From: the human T2T-CHM13v2.0 reference genome, Homo sapiens
DNA: 64,000 nt
Assembly: GCF_009914755.1 (NCBI RefSeq)
Contig: NC_060947.1
Strand: one strand, 5' to 3'
Shown: piece after piece, positions 47,460 through 62,479 of the stretch
Position numbering within the stretch: position 1 is the first letter of the stretch
Layout of the letters: every line of letters begins with the position of its first letter
Made by a program: the position numbers and the translations under genes
The notes under the pieces: model-generated
Database searches by the model: none
Seen by the model: the letters and a program-made list of their open reading frames with translations, nothing else
Told to the model about the DNA's origin: nothing

Positions 47460-48375
47460 CCACATGGTGAAGGTATGTCAAAGGGACACAGGAGTCAACC
47501 AAAAAAAGCTCCCAATGGCCAAAGCTGAAACAATTTGAGAAACAAAATAAAGCAGTATTGGACTATAATCCAAAGTTTAAAATAAATATACATGATATAC
47601 ATGTGTACATACTTATATAAATAAATGATTGAACAAATAAATAAATGAGCAGGAACAGATACATCTCCAGTGCACAAGAATTCCAAATAATGTAGGTGGA
47701 TACTCCATCCTCAAGGAGGTGACACATAACTCCCCAGTCTTAAAGTATGAACTGCCCAAAGTGATTATTTCCAGAGAGTACATTATGGAAATGAGAAAAA
47801 TGTAACTTTACCCTGGAGAATCCTGATAAACACTACCTTAGCCAGATAATTACAGTCAACATCAACAGTGTTAAAGTCGTGTTGATAGCATGTATCCTTA
47901 ATACAATGTAATGATAAGGGCACTTTATTCCTGTGGTCTTCTTCAAAACACATTACCCCAGTCTAATCATGAGAAAAACATCAGGTGAATCCCAATTAAG
48001 GGACATTCTACAGAATACCTCACCATGAATCCTCAAAGCTATCAAGGTCATCAAAAACAAGGAAAGCCTGAGAAACTGTCACAGTCAAGAGGAGCCTAAG
48101 GAGACGTGATAGCTAAATGTCATATGGTATCCTGGATGGGATTTCAGAACAGAAAAAGGACATTAGAAGAAAACTGAAGAAATATAAAGTATAGACTTTA
48201 GTTAATTATAATATATCAATATCAGTTCATTAATTGTGACAAACGTACCACACTCTTGGAATATGTTAATAATAGGAGAAGATGGTGTGGGGTATGTGGG
48301 AATTTTCTTTATTATCATTAAAATAATTCTGTAAATGTAAAACTGTTCTAAAATAAACTGTTCTATTTTTTAAAA
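47460..48375 (+). mobile_element. L1MC3/L1MD-like 3' UTR
   Basis: Characteristic blocks CCCCAGTCTAATCATGAGAAAAACATCAG, CAAGGTCATCAAAAACAAGGAAAG and GGTATCCTGGATGGGAT. Confidence 0.75.
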
Positions 48376-48377
48376 AT

Positions 48378-50845
<2,468 letters not shown>

Positions 50846-51982
50846 AAATATAAAGAATGGGCTTTCTGGCATGGATTGCCTTTAGAGGTAGCTGCCTGTC
50901 TATGGATATTTCTAGGCAAGATAATCTAACAAAAGTAATTAATGTTTCAGATAAAGATGGTTTAGATGATCTCCTAGGTTGTTTCCTGGAGGTAGAAAAC
51001 AATTGCAGCTAAGATGTCAATGTGAGGTTTAATGATAAACATATAAATAGCCAGGATGGTAGTGCTTCTAAATTTTGTTGTAATTTGTTGCACAAAGCAC
51101 CTGTGAGGCACAACTTTCACCACTTGTTTTCTCCTCACAGTTAGAAATGGTACAGTTGCTGGTTTACTTGGTTCCATTATACATCTTTCAGTTCCAGAGA
51201 ATTCTGCTGGACAAAGTGTTACATGTGCAATTTACTACTGAGGCATGCGCTGTTTTATGCCTTGCCATAGAAATAGTCCTGTGCACATATATCTCCCTAA
51301 TAAAATATAGTTTTCCTGAAATGGGGGCTGTTCTACTAACCCACTCCTCCATTGTTACTCCTACCCCTTCCCTTCTCCCAGCTATGATAGCATCTCACAC
51401 TTAGTAGGCACTCCCTAAGTACATTTTATCTACAAATGACTTACAGCTCCAAATAAATGGAGAGAGCTCCTTTAATACCTCTACCAGAAATTGAAGTCCT
51501 GTCTCAAATCTCAAGGCAGTTCCAAACCACCATATGTGCCTTTAATATATATTAAAGACCACTGCCAAAAGTATCATTCAGGACATTTTTTAAAATTAAT
51601 CATGGATGAGTCAGATTTATAGCTCAGAAATGTCGTAGGGGAAACCAAGTGAAGGGATGCAAACTGGCTCCCAGTGGGATGAGTTTTAATCCCAGCTCAA
51701 AGACTAACTTTCTATTTGGCCAAAATTTGCCTTACATTCTGACTCAAAAATAGGGAAGAGGAGTTAACTAGATCAGTAGTTTCCAACCTGAGGACCCTGG
51801 TCATCTTAACAAAAAAAAGGTAATAAATGGGATCCTCAAACCATTTTCAGTATTTCAGAACTTTAAAGAAAATGGAGAGTTTTTTCATACAGCTGCCCCA
51901 GTTAGCTAAATGTTTTTACCTTTCCCTGGAATTATAGCAACCAAGCAGAATAACATTGGCTCTCTGTGCTGATCAGCTCTGA

Positions 51983-52058
51983 TGCATGTATGTTTATGTG
52001 TGTGTATATATATACATATATATGTATATATATTACAGTTTTATGTATGCATATGTAT
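51983..52058. repeat. Mixed (TG)/(TA) low-complexity repeat
   Basis: Read directly. Confidence 0.8.
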
Positions 52059-52974
52059 AGGAACACAGAAAAGCTATTATTTAATAAGTGCAGTTTTCAG
52101 GAGAAAAAACAACTCTTCAAAGTTGGGTCTTACAAAAAAAGGTAACAGAAGGATTGGGGAGGGTACAAAAAGACTGGGAAGTGCCTATCTAGCTTATCTG
52201 TAAATGAGGTCCATTGTAGCTCTTCTGGGCTCATGTATCTCCTTGCCCCTCTTGTCTTTTCCAGTGAGGACTGCAATCTTCACTTACCTGAGACACTGGA
52301 AACAAATGAATAATGGACTTCTTGGCCTGCCATCCTCCTGGGTCTGAGGACAGTTGTGAGCTTTCTGTAGTGCCCCTCGCTTACCCCTTTCACCCATGCA
52401 TTTGCATTCAGACCTGTTTAGGTGTGGGCCTTTGGATAGGCAAAAAATGGCAAGGTTTCCCATAGCCCAACTGGCCAGCATGCAGGCAAGTTCTCTGGAG
52501 GTTAGATTGCAGTAAGTGCCACTTCACATTTCCCAAAGCCTGTGTGATAGGTGTGGCAGGCTCAGACTCCCCACAGAGAAGTTGTCTGCCCAGTTTGAAG
52601 GGTAAATGCTACTGCAGTGCCTAAGGCCACTCCTTATTAAGGGCAGCTTTAGCTCAGCTGCCTTTGCAGGAAGGAGGGAAAATAGATGTGGAAAGGAGCT
52701 CCCCTGTATTGAAACTTGAATCTGGAGGTAAACACAGCTGGGACTTGTTTCAACATTGGTTTCTACAACCTGGAAGCAAGAGCACCCTATGGCCTAGCAA
52801 ATACACGTTCACTGAGGCTTCACTGCCTATTTCTAAACGTTAATCAACTGCAGAAATCATTAAGAAGAAAATCATTTGGCAGGGGAAAAGGTTTCTTTAT
52901 AGAGGAATTTGTTCAATTATTTCAATTCAAAACCTTGAACATTCCCAGTCCTGGAGTCCTCACTGATTCTCAGG

Positions 52975-52978
<4 letters not shown>

Positions 52979-53036
<58 letters not shown>
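52979..53036. repeat. Perfect (CA)29 microsatellite
   Basis: Read directly. Confidence 0.97.
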
Positions 53037-53039
<3 letters not shown>

Positions 53040-53528
53040 CTGAGCAAGTTTGGGTCATAGATACAGCTGGCCACTAGTGTGACTTGTGGCTTTCTAGCCC
53101 TGTGAGAAAGAATAGAGCCTGGAATTGAAAAATTGAAACTGGCAAGCACTTCAGAACAACTACTGCAAATTGGTATTTGGCCAATGCAAAGAGAATCAAA
53201 GGTGGCAAGGGCAAGCTAGCAATGAATTAAACTGATTAAAGCAGAAGTACAGTGAGCTTCAGCAGGCTAAGGCCCAGCTTTCAAGACCCAAGACCAAGAA
53301 TAAGGGTGTTTTCATTTTTTATTTGTTAATCTCAGCATCGTTACTTTTTTGCTGTGTGACTTTGAGCGAGCAGGTTAATCTCTCATTGCTTCACTGTTTC
53401 AAACATGTTGAACTGACTAGAATAATAAACCGTCACTTTCCTTTCTCCCAGCAAGCCTTCATAGTTAAATGCACTTTTGCACTATTACAATTAAACAATG
53501 CAACCAAAACTGTAGGCAACAATTCTAA

Positions 53529-53530
<2 letters not shown>

Positions 53531-53569
<39 letters not shown>
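53531..53569. repeat. Perfect (GT)19 microsatellite
   Basis: Read directly. Confidence 0.97.
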
Positions 53570-53571
<2 letters not shown>

Positions 53572-54119
53572 GTGGTGTGGCTTTGTTGGGAATGGATGTC
53601 TTGCCTCTCATAGTAAGTGCTGAAGAAGTTTTAATGACTGTCACTGTCTTTGTGCTCAGGCTCTGGAAAAATTGAGCACCCCACCTCACTCCTCACTCCA
53701 TGGACTGGGGAAACTACCACAGTCTTTTCCTCAGGGTCAACTTCCATGACCCAGGTAGCTCCAGAATTGGCTCCCTTTGGGCCCCAAGGGCAACACTTGC
53801 CCTTGCCTTGTAAGTGGAGGGGAGTATATTAGAGTGACCCTTGGTCACACCCTAGGCCATTTGAGAGAGTAATGAAACTTCTCTGAATGAATACTTTAGT
53901 AGCAGGAATCCTAGAAATGTCTACCTAGATCTTATTGTTATTGTTGTTTTGTTTTAGAAGAAAAAGATCTAGCCAAAGGACAGGAACAAACTTGCTGGAA
54001 AATATCCCACGCCATTGTTTTCCTCTCTACACAATTCCCTGCCTATACCATTTTAAATGGCTAAATAGCAAATATGTGCCTTAAAAATATTTACTGTCAA
54101 GATTTCAGTGTAGAAGTCT

Positions 54120-55170
54120 GCTTTTTGAAAAAGATGTGCATTATGACATTATAAAGTTAAGTGGAAAAAAGCAAGATAGGGTACAATCAAAGAAACAAAA
54201 GTTGTACAAGAAAAAAGATCAGAAGTTCAAAATAGGAAAATGGACAATTCTTGATATCTTCATTTTTCTTACTCTTCTGTATTTCCCATGCTTTATTAAA
54301 ATGGATAATTTTTACGATGAAAAATTGCAGTTCTAGGTTTCCTTTCCCTCTCTCCCTCTCTCTCTCTCCCCACCGCTCTTTTTTTCCTTGGAAACGTTTC
54401 AAGTACAAGACAGGGATCCAGAAATCTCGAGTACAATATTCAATGAATGTGTGCCCTTGTTAAGTCATTTTCCTTCTCTGGGCCTCTGTTTTACTACTTC
54501 ATGGAATGGGGTAACAGACAGGCAAGGAAGTGTCCCTAGAGACTTCCAATTTTGCTCTTCAGTATTTTACAGGCAGAACCACTAGGTTAGCCCAGCTGCC
54601 TAGAACCTTTGCAAATCAAGTCTACAGTAGGACACTGAGCTCTCTGGTCCTAAGAGCCATCAATTGGTTGGATTTTCCAACTTTCCTGTAATGTGGTTAC
54701 ATATTATTTTTATCATAAAAATATGAAAAAGTAATGTACATGTCATCAGCTCCAGGGTACAGTTTGAGTAGAAAAGGGGAATGTAAAAAAGAGAATAGAA
54801 TAAATTCCAAAACAAGATATTGGGTAAAAACAAAACAAAACAAAACAAAAAAACTTGTTGCAGAATGACACATACATTAAGGTATTACTTACATAAATTT
54901 TAAAAACACACAGACAAGCTCTATATATTATTTATGGGAAGAGGGGAGAGGAGAGACATACTTTCATGCAAAAGTATAAAACAAAATGGAAGAATACATA
55001 CCAAGCTTATCTTAGTGCTTGCTTCTGAAAATGAATGGAGAGGAATGTGACTGAAAATAGGGGATATAATTTAACTTGTCTGTAATGTTTTATTTCTCCA
55101 AGTAGAGATCCAAGTATTTCTTATATTATTCCTAGTCTTTTCAATACTTTTATAATTATTCAAAATAAAG
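54120..55170 (+). mobile_element. Ancient L1ME-like 3' end fragments (~54120-54325 and ~54700-55170)
   Basis: Degenerate motifs GATGTGCATTATGACATTATAAAGTTAAGTGGAAAAAAGCAAG, AACTTGTTGCAGAATGACACATAC and TTTAACTTGTCTGTAATGTTTTATTTC. Confidence 0.5.
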
Positions 55171-55175
55171 ACAAA

Positions 55176-55491
55176 CGTCGGGCACAGTGGCTCACACCTG
55201 TAATCTTAGCACTTTGGGAGACCAAAGCGGTCAGATCACTTGAGATCAGGAGTTCGAGACCAGCCTGGCCAACATGGTAGAACCCCGTCTCTGCTAAAAA
55301 TACAAAGATTTGCCAGGCATCATGGCGGGTGCCTGTAATCCCAGCTACTTGGGAGGTTGAGGAATGAGAATTGCTTGAACTCAGGAGTTGGAGGCTGCAA
55401 TGAGCCCAGACTGCACCACTGCACTCCAGCCTGGGCAACAGAGCGAGACTCCATCTGTCTCAAAAACAAAACAAAACAAAAAACAAAAACA
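55176..55491 (+). mobile_element. Alu (AluJb/Sz-like)
   Basis: Dimeric Alu with an (A4C)n tail. TSD AAAATAAAGACA at 55162 / 55492. Confidence 0.92.
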
Positions 55492-55635
55492 AAAATAAAG
55501 ACACAAATAATTTCTAAAAACAAAACGTTGAACTATTTCTTTTCCCTATTTTTCAATATTTGTGAAATTTTCATGGATTCTTTTGATAAATGATAAATGA
55601 ATTTATTCTTAAAATGAGAGAAATAGGAAAAAAAA

Positions 55636-55945
55636 GGCTGGGCAGGGTGGCTCATGCCTGTAATCCCAGCACTTTGGGAGGCTGACGTGGAAGGATTGTT
55701 TGAGCCTAGGAGTTTAAGACCAGCCTGGGCAAGATGACGAGACTCTGTCTCTACACAATTTTTTTTTAAATTAGCCAGGCATGGTGGCACACGCCTGTAA
55801 TGCCAGCTACTTGGGAGGCTGAGGCAGGAGGATCCCTTGAGCCCAGGAATTCAAGGCTGCAGTAAACTGTGTTTGTGCCATTGTACTCCAGCTTGGGTGA
55901 CAGAGCAAGACCCCATCTCTTAAAAAAAAAAAAAGGAAAAGAAAA
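55636..55945 (+). mobile_element. Alu (AluJo/Jr-like)
   Basis: GGAGGATCCCTTGAGCCCAGGAATTCAAGGCTGCAGT J-type right arm with a poly(A) tail. Confidence 0.92.
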
Positions 55946-57179
55946 GAGAAATGAAAGAACGGGTAAGAGGCTGTGGACTGGGATAAGATAGAAGCTCTGG
56001 GTGCCTGGGGACCTTTTTGTTCCAAGGAAATGAACAAAATCCTGTTCTAGACCATAAGCCAGGAATTTAACAAGTGGACCTATTACAAGATATGGGTTCC
56101 TGGGTGTCCCAGACTTCACCCTCCACCATGTGTTTTTAAGCTCTTCTCTGGTTCATTTATTTTCTCCGGACAGAAATTTCCAGTGAGTCTCCTCCAACTG
56201 CCTAGCCTTTCAGGGACAAATTTTCCATCTTGGCTTCCAAGGCGGCTGTTATAACACCACAAATCACCTTCTGCCGTCCCTTCTTGAGCCAAATTCCTAC
56301 TGGTTTCCAGGAATCATATGGGGAATATGGTTCTCTGAATTTATTCCCTCACAGTACTTAGCTTGCATTTCTTAAGCTAAATATCTTACTACAAAAGCTG
56401 AACTTGCTGAAAATAAAGCTTTTCATTTTTCCCCTACTGCCCTCTCCCAAGATAAATCCCTGTCACAGTCATAAATGCCATGTTTATCCTCCAACTCCAA
56501 AGAAATCTCAGGCATCCTAGCCTCTTTGCTGCATATTAATTGATCATTGAATGTATTTGCTTTCATCAACTCACTGTCTGATTTCCCCCATCATACCTTT
56601 GTCCAGTCCTTTTTCCCCAGCCCTAATCTACAGACCCTCCTTGCTTTTTCAGGGCACCTTATAATATGATGTTTTTGAATGTCTCTTCTCACTTTGACCC
56701 CCTGCCACACCCAGGAGGCACAGCCTCTCTTTCCTGATGTAACTGAAGTGCTGGTTCCAGACTTTACTCTCTAAGGGTAGCAATGACTTTGCATCTAGCC
56801 ACACAATACACCAGGAAAACAGCTACAGTCAAACAAGATATGAATCCCGAGGAACATCAAGGGAAAAGTTGAAGGCCCTGCTGATGAGTGACAGGAGGTA
56901 GTTTGGGAAGGTGGTCAGGTGAGGGGAGAGTGTTAAATGAAACAGATAAGTAAAGCCCTTGTGTGTTCAGAAGCAAGAGCACCCCCCCCCCGCCCCTTAC
57001 CTCACTGTTCAAAGAGACCACTAATAGGGCAAGCTAAGGGAAGGGATCATGGCCTGGGCCTGTAATCATCACTCTGTACCTGATAGAGAGTGTAGTTGTG
57101 TCCAACTCACTTTAAAGTGTCTGAGACTTAATTCCTCCACCTGGAAGATGTTGCCACCATAGAAACTGTTACTGTGGGA

Positions 57180-57390
57180 AACGACCTTAGAGATCATCAT
57201 CTCTAGACCAAGCCTCCATTTCACAATTTGAAAATTCTGAGGCCCAGAGAGAGAGAAAAGCTTGTCCTACATGACTATCAATATTTACCTTTCCTAAGTC
57301 CATGAAGATGTTTGTGAGGCCAAATGAAATAAAATATAGGAGTCCTTTGAGTCCTTTAGAAGGAGCTATAGGATGATCAGGTATTATTAT
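57180..57390. mobile_element. MIR fragments
   Basis: ACCTTAGAGATCATC...CCATTTCACA...CTGAGGCCCAGAGAG is an antisense MIR core. A sense MIR 3'-like piece follows it. Confidence 0.55.
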
Positions 57391-58376
57391 TGGCAGCCTA
57401 AATGCCTATGGTCCCTTAACATCAATCTGTCGCCTGAATCAAAAAACACCAGTATATGATTTTACTTCCTCAGGACCACTGAACAAACAACTGTCTCCCT
57501 CAGCTGGCCATCTCAACAACCAATGGAAATGGCAGCTCTGACCTATCATCCACTGCTCCTTCTCCCACCTCAGGCTGTCTCAGCTGCTTGAGCACACCCT
57601 CTACCTGAGGATCTGGAAACAGGCTGCTTCCCTCGGCAAACATCCTCCTCTGGGCCCCTTGTGGTCACTACTACCTTATACCATGTGACACCTGGTATTT
57701 CAGTGCCATAAGTAGATGACATGGAACAGAGCCTCCTAGAGGGTTATTGGGAGTGGGGCCTAGAGCCATACAGATCAGAGAAAGGCTGAGGAAACCCAAG
57801 AGGACAGTCCAAAAGGCAAAGTAAAGAGCATACCTAGGAGCACACTTTTCCTTTCAGTGCATATTATGCCAAAATAGGCTTTCATTTCAAAGTGTAATCT
57901 GAGAGTGCTCTTGTCTAGTATATGGCCTGGTTGTCTGAGGCAGGCCTGTGGATTCTTCAGTCTAATAAACTATAAACTGAATTTTCAGAAAACAAAAGGA
58001 ATTCCATTCCTGGTGTTAACTACATCCACTCTGGCCTTCCCTTAACCAATTCTACTCAGTGCTGGAAGATATTGAAGTCATATCTAAGGTTATAATATTA
58101 AAGGTGAAAATCAAAGGGAAGAGATTAATTCACTTACCTGTTTTTCAACTTTCAGTGATTGTCTAGAAGTATCCTGGCCTTAATGAATCACAAATCATGG
58201 CAGTCAGCAATGTCATGGCATCCCCACTATTTCGACAATAAACAAATGGGTTTTTCTGTTCATTCAGGTGCTAAATCCATGTAAGTATAGCTAACAAAGC
58301 ATTACTGAATTAGGGAGAAAAATGTGCACATGCACGTGCACACACACACACACACAACCACCCACCCCACAGTGGC

Positions 58377-60647
58377 TGATATGGTTTGGCTCTGTGTCCC
58401 CACCAAATCTCATCTTGAATTATACTCCCATAATTCCCACATGTTGTGGGAGGGACTCAGTGGGAGATAATTTGAATCATGGGGGCAGTTTCCCCCATAC
58501 CGTTGTTGTGGTAGTGAATAAGTTTCATGAGATCCAATGGTTTTATCAGGGGTCTCCACTTTTGCATCTCCCTCATTTTCTCTTGCCACCACCATTTAAG
58601 AAGTGCCTTTCACCTCCCGCCATGATTCTGAGGCCTCCCCAGCCATGTGGAACTGTAAGTCCAATTAAACTTCTTTTTCTTCCCATTCTCGGGTATGTCT
58701 TTATCAGCAGCATGAAAATGGACCAATACAGTAAATTGGTACCAGCAGAGTGGGGCATTGCTGAAAAGATACCTGAAAATGTGGAAGTGACTTTGGAACT
58801 GGGTATCAGGCAGAGGTTGGCACAGTTTGGAGGGCTCAGAAAAAGGAAAATGTGGGAAAGTTTGGAACCTCCTAGAGACTTGTTGAATGGCTTTGACAAA
58901 AATGCTGACAGTGATATGAACAATAAGGTCCAGGCTGAGGTGGTCTCAGATGGAGATGAGGAACTTGTTAGGAACTGGAGCAAAGGTGACCCTTGTTATG
59001 TTTTAGCAAAGAGACTGGTGGCATTTTGCCCCTGCCCTAGAGATTTGTGGAACTTTGAACTTGAGCAAAATGATTTAGGGTATCTGGTGGAATAAATTTC
59101 TAAGCAGCAAGGCATTCAAAAGGTGACTTGGGTGCTGTTAAAAGCATTCCCTTTTATAAGGGAAACAGAGCATAAACGTTCAGATAATTTGTAGCCTGAT
59201 GATGCAGTAAAAAAGAAAAACCCACTTTTTGAAGAGAAATTCAAGCTGGCTGCAGAAATTTGCATAAGTAACAAGGAGCCACATGTTAATCCCCAAGACA
59301 ATGGGGAAAATGTCTCCAGGGCATATCACAGGTCTTCATGGCAGCCTCTCCCATCATAGACACAGGAGCCTAAGAGGAAAAAATGGTTTTGTGGGATAGG
59401 CCCAAGGTCTCCATGCTGTGTGCAGCCTAGGAATTTGGTGCCTTGTGTCTCAGCTGCTCCAGCTGTTGCTAAAAGGGGCCAACGTACAGCTCGGCCCATG
59501 GTTTCAGAGGGTACAAGCCCCAAACCTTGGCAGCTTCCACGTGGTGTTGAGCCTGTGGGTGCACAGGTGTCAAGAATTGAGGTTTGGGAACCTCCACCTA
59601 GATTTCAGAAGATGCATGGAAATGCTGGATGCCCAGGCAAAAGTTTGCTGCAGGGGTGGAGCCCTCACGGAGAACCTCTGCTAGGGCAGTGCAGAAGAAA
59701 AATGTGGGGTTAGAGCCCCCACACAGAGTCCCTACTGGGGCACTGCCTAGTGGAGCTGTGAGAAGAGGCCCACCATCCTCCAGACCCAGAATGGTAGATC
59801 CACTGAAAGCTTGCACCATGTGCCAGGAAAATCCACACTCAGTGCCAGCCTGTGAAAGCAGCCAGCAGGGGTGCCATACCCTGCAAAGCCACAGAGGTGG
59901 AGCTGCCCAAGACTATGGGAACCTACCTCTTGCATCAGCGTGACCTGGACATGAGATATGGAGTCAAAGGAGATCATTTTGCAGCTTTAGAATTTGACTG
60001 CCATGCTGGATTTTGGACTTGCATGGGCCCTGTAACCCCTTTGTTTTGGCCAATTTCTCCCATTTGGACAGATGTATTTACCCAATACCTGTACCCCCAT
60101 TGTATCTGGGAAGTAACTAGCTTGCTTTTGACTTTACAGGCTCATAGATGGAAGGGACTTGCCTTGTCTTAGATGAGGCTTTGGACTGTGCACTTTTGGG
60201 TTAATACTGAAATGAGTTAAGACTTTGGGAGACTGTTGGGAAGGCGTGTTTGGTTTTGAAATGTGAGTACATAAGATTTGGAGGGGCCAGGGATGGAATG
60301 TTATGGTTTGGCTCTGTGTGCCCACCCAAATCTCATCTTGAATAGTATTCCCATCATTCCCTCATGCTGTGGGAGGGACCTTGTCAGAGATAATTTGAAT
60401 CACGGGGGCAGTTTCCCCCATACTGTTGTGGTGGTAGTGAATAAGTCTTGCAAGATCTGACGGTTTTATCAAGGGTTTCTGCTTTTGCATCTCCCTCATT
60501 CTCCCTTGCTGCAACCATGTAAGTAGTGCCTTTCACCTCCCACCATGATTCTGAGGCCTCCCCAGCCATGTGGAATTGTAAGTCTAATTAAACCTCTTTT
60601 TCTTCCCAGGTATGTCTTTATCAGCAGCGTGAAAACAAACTAATACT
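58377..60647 (+). mobile_element. Full-length THE1A-like MaLR provirus: 5' LTR 58377-58730, internal 58731-60298, 3' LTR 60299-60647
   Basis: Exact 5-bp TSD GTGGC (58372-58376 / 60648-60652). LTRs carry THE1A-type GGTTTTATCAGGGG...CATGATTCTGAGGCC...GTAAGTCCAATTAAAC. The internal ORF is broken. Confidence 0.93.
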
Positions 60648-60784
60648 GTGGCTTATAGGAAAATGGTAAGATCAATGGCAAGAAAAGGTGATTCCAGGTT
60701 CTCTTCTTAGATTTGTATAAGAGTATCCTGACCCTTTGGCCCCTCAGCACAACTAGTGACCACTGTCTTCAAAAGTAAGTGGCA

Positions 60785-61058
60785 GCCGGATGTGGTGGCT
60801 CACACCTGTAATCCCAGCACTTTGGGAGGCCAAGGCGGGAAGATCACCTGAAGTCAGGAGTTTGAGACCAGCCTTGACAACATGGTGAAACCCTGTCTCT
60901 ACTAAAAATACAAAAATTAGCCAGGGGTTGTGGCGGGTGCCTGTAATCCCAGCTACTCAGGAGGCTGAGGCAGGAGAATCACTTGAACCCGGGAAGTGGA
61001 GGTTGCAGTGAGCTGAGATCATGCCACTACACAGAGCAAGACTCCTTCTCAAAGAAAA
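60785..61058 (+). mobile_element. Alu (AluSx-like) with a ~15-bp deletion near its 3' end
   Basis: Exact 14-bp TSD AAAAGTAAGTGGCA (60771-60784 / 61059-61072). Confidence 0.94.
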
Positions 61059-62386
61059 AAAAGTAAGTGGCATATTTGGAGCCTTCTTAAAAGACAAAGT
61101 GACAAATTGGGATTTTGCTCCCATGATACCATCTCCATATCTCTGAGTAGCAGACCAGCAACACTCACCTCCTCCCCACATATACACATACTGGAAGGAT
61201 CTGGGTGAGCCATAGTCTAGGGTTTTAAAACCAACACCTTGGCTTTGGGTTATAAAGCATGTTTATTTTCTCTTTACAGCCTAACTCTGAAACTGCTTCT
61301 TTCTCAAATGAGTGTGTATTTTTGTTTCATTTTAAGTCAAACGACATAGATGTGAAAAATCCCACTATAGCCCTGGCTCAATTCCCTTTTCTTTCACCTA
61401 TTCAGCCAAGTGGATTTGACTGTGTTATGAAATATCTTAACATGTCAAAGCCACAGCTTTGCACATACAGGTCTTGCTAAGGGAAAAGGTCATGTGACCT
61501 GTATACTATACAAACAATACATATTCAATAGACACTAGGTATTCCTTTTCCCTTGCCAAGAGATACAGTACACAGGCAGTCCATAAATACAAGCACATTA
61601 GGATGTATACACACATAGAGCCAGTAAGGGAAAATATAACGAACTGCCCCAAGGGGAGATTGAAAACACTGAATCTACATTAAGTACACCCCCACTAATC
61701 TAAGCAAAGAGAGACTTGAGAAGGCAACAGTTATTTCAGTGTACAAAGAAGCTGTGTAACAGGGTCCACTAACTCTTTGGGACTTGGACAAAAAGTGCCA
61801 ACAAGTCAACACAGAGCTCAGTGAAGGACAGAGTTCTTACATAAATGCTCCCCACCTGGCTAAGCATGCTGGAAGTCTCAAGGATTAGAACATTAAGGCC
61901 ACCAAGATGCCAAAGAAACCCTAGATCCTATAAACTAAATGAATACCCTTTTCACAACTCACTCTTTTCTGTTAACGTTTCCTCAATCAATGGTTACCTC
62001 AGTCATGGAGGTCAAGTATGTTGCTACAAATAAGCAAACTAACTGCCATCTAATAGGGAAGACTTTCCCTCTACTCAAATAGAGTGGTACTAGGATCTGC
62101 AGCATGCCACACCATGTCTTTTACAATGGCTGAGAGGACAAAACTTAGTTAATACTATGGATACTAACTCTGCCCTACTGGATCCATATTAACCAGATGA
62201 GTTCTCTGTGCCCATATTTCTCTAGATAGAACTCACAGCACCTCAGGTTTTGGAACCAAACCCTAGCCATGGACCTCAGATACAATAACTAGATCCTTGT
62301 CTTATTCCATCTGTGCCAGTTTTCCCAAACCCCAATTCCTGTAGTGCCAAGCTCTTTTACTGCTCCCTCCCCCAACCTCAGTCTTC

Positions 62387-62478
62387 CTAGAGCAGTGACA
62401 GAAATGCTCTACATATATGTTATCCAATATGGTAGCCACTAACCATACATGGCTACCAAGCACTTGAAATGTGGCTGA
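62387..62478 (+). mobile_element. MER3/MER33-like hAT fragment
   Basis: TCCAATATGGTAGCCACTAACCATACATGGCTACCAAGCACTTGAAATGTGGCT. Confidence 0.7.
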
Positions 62479-62479
62479 A

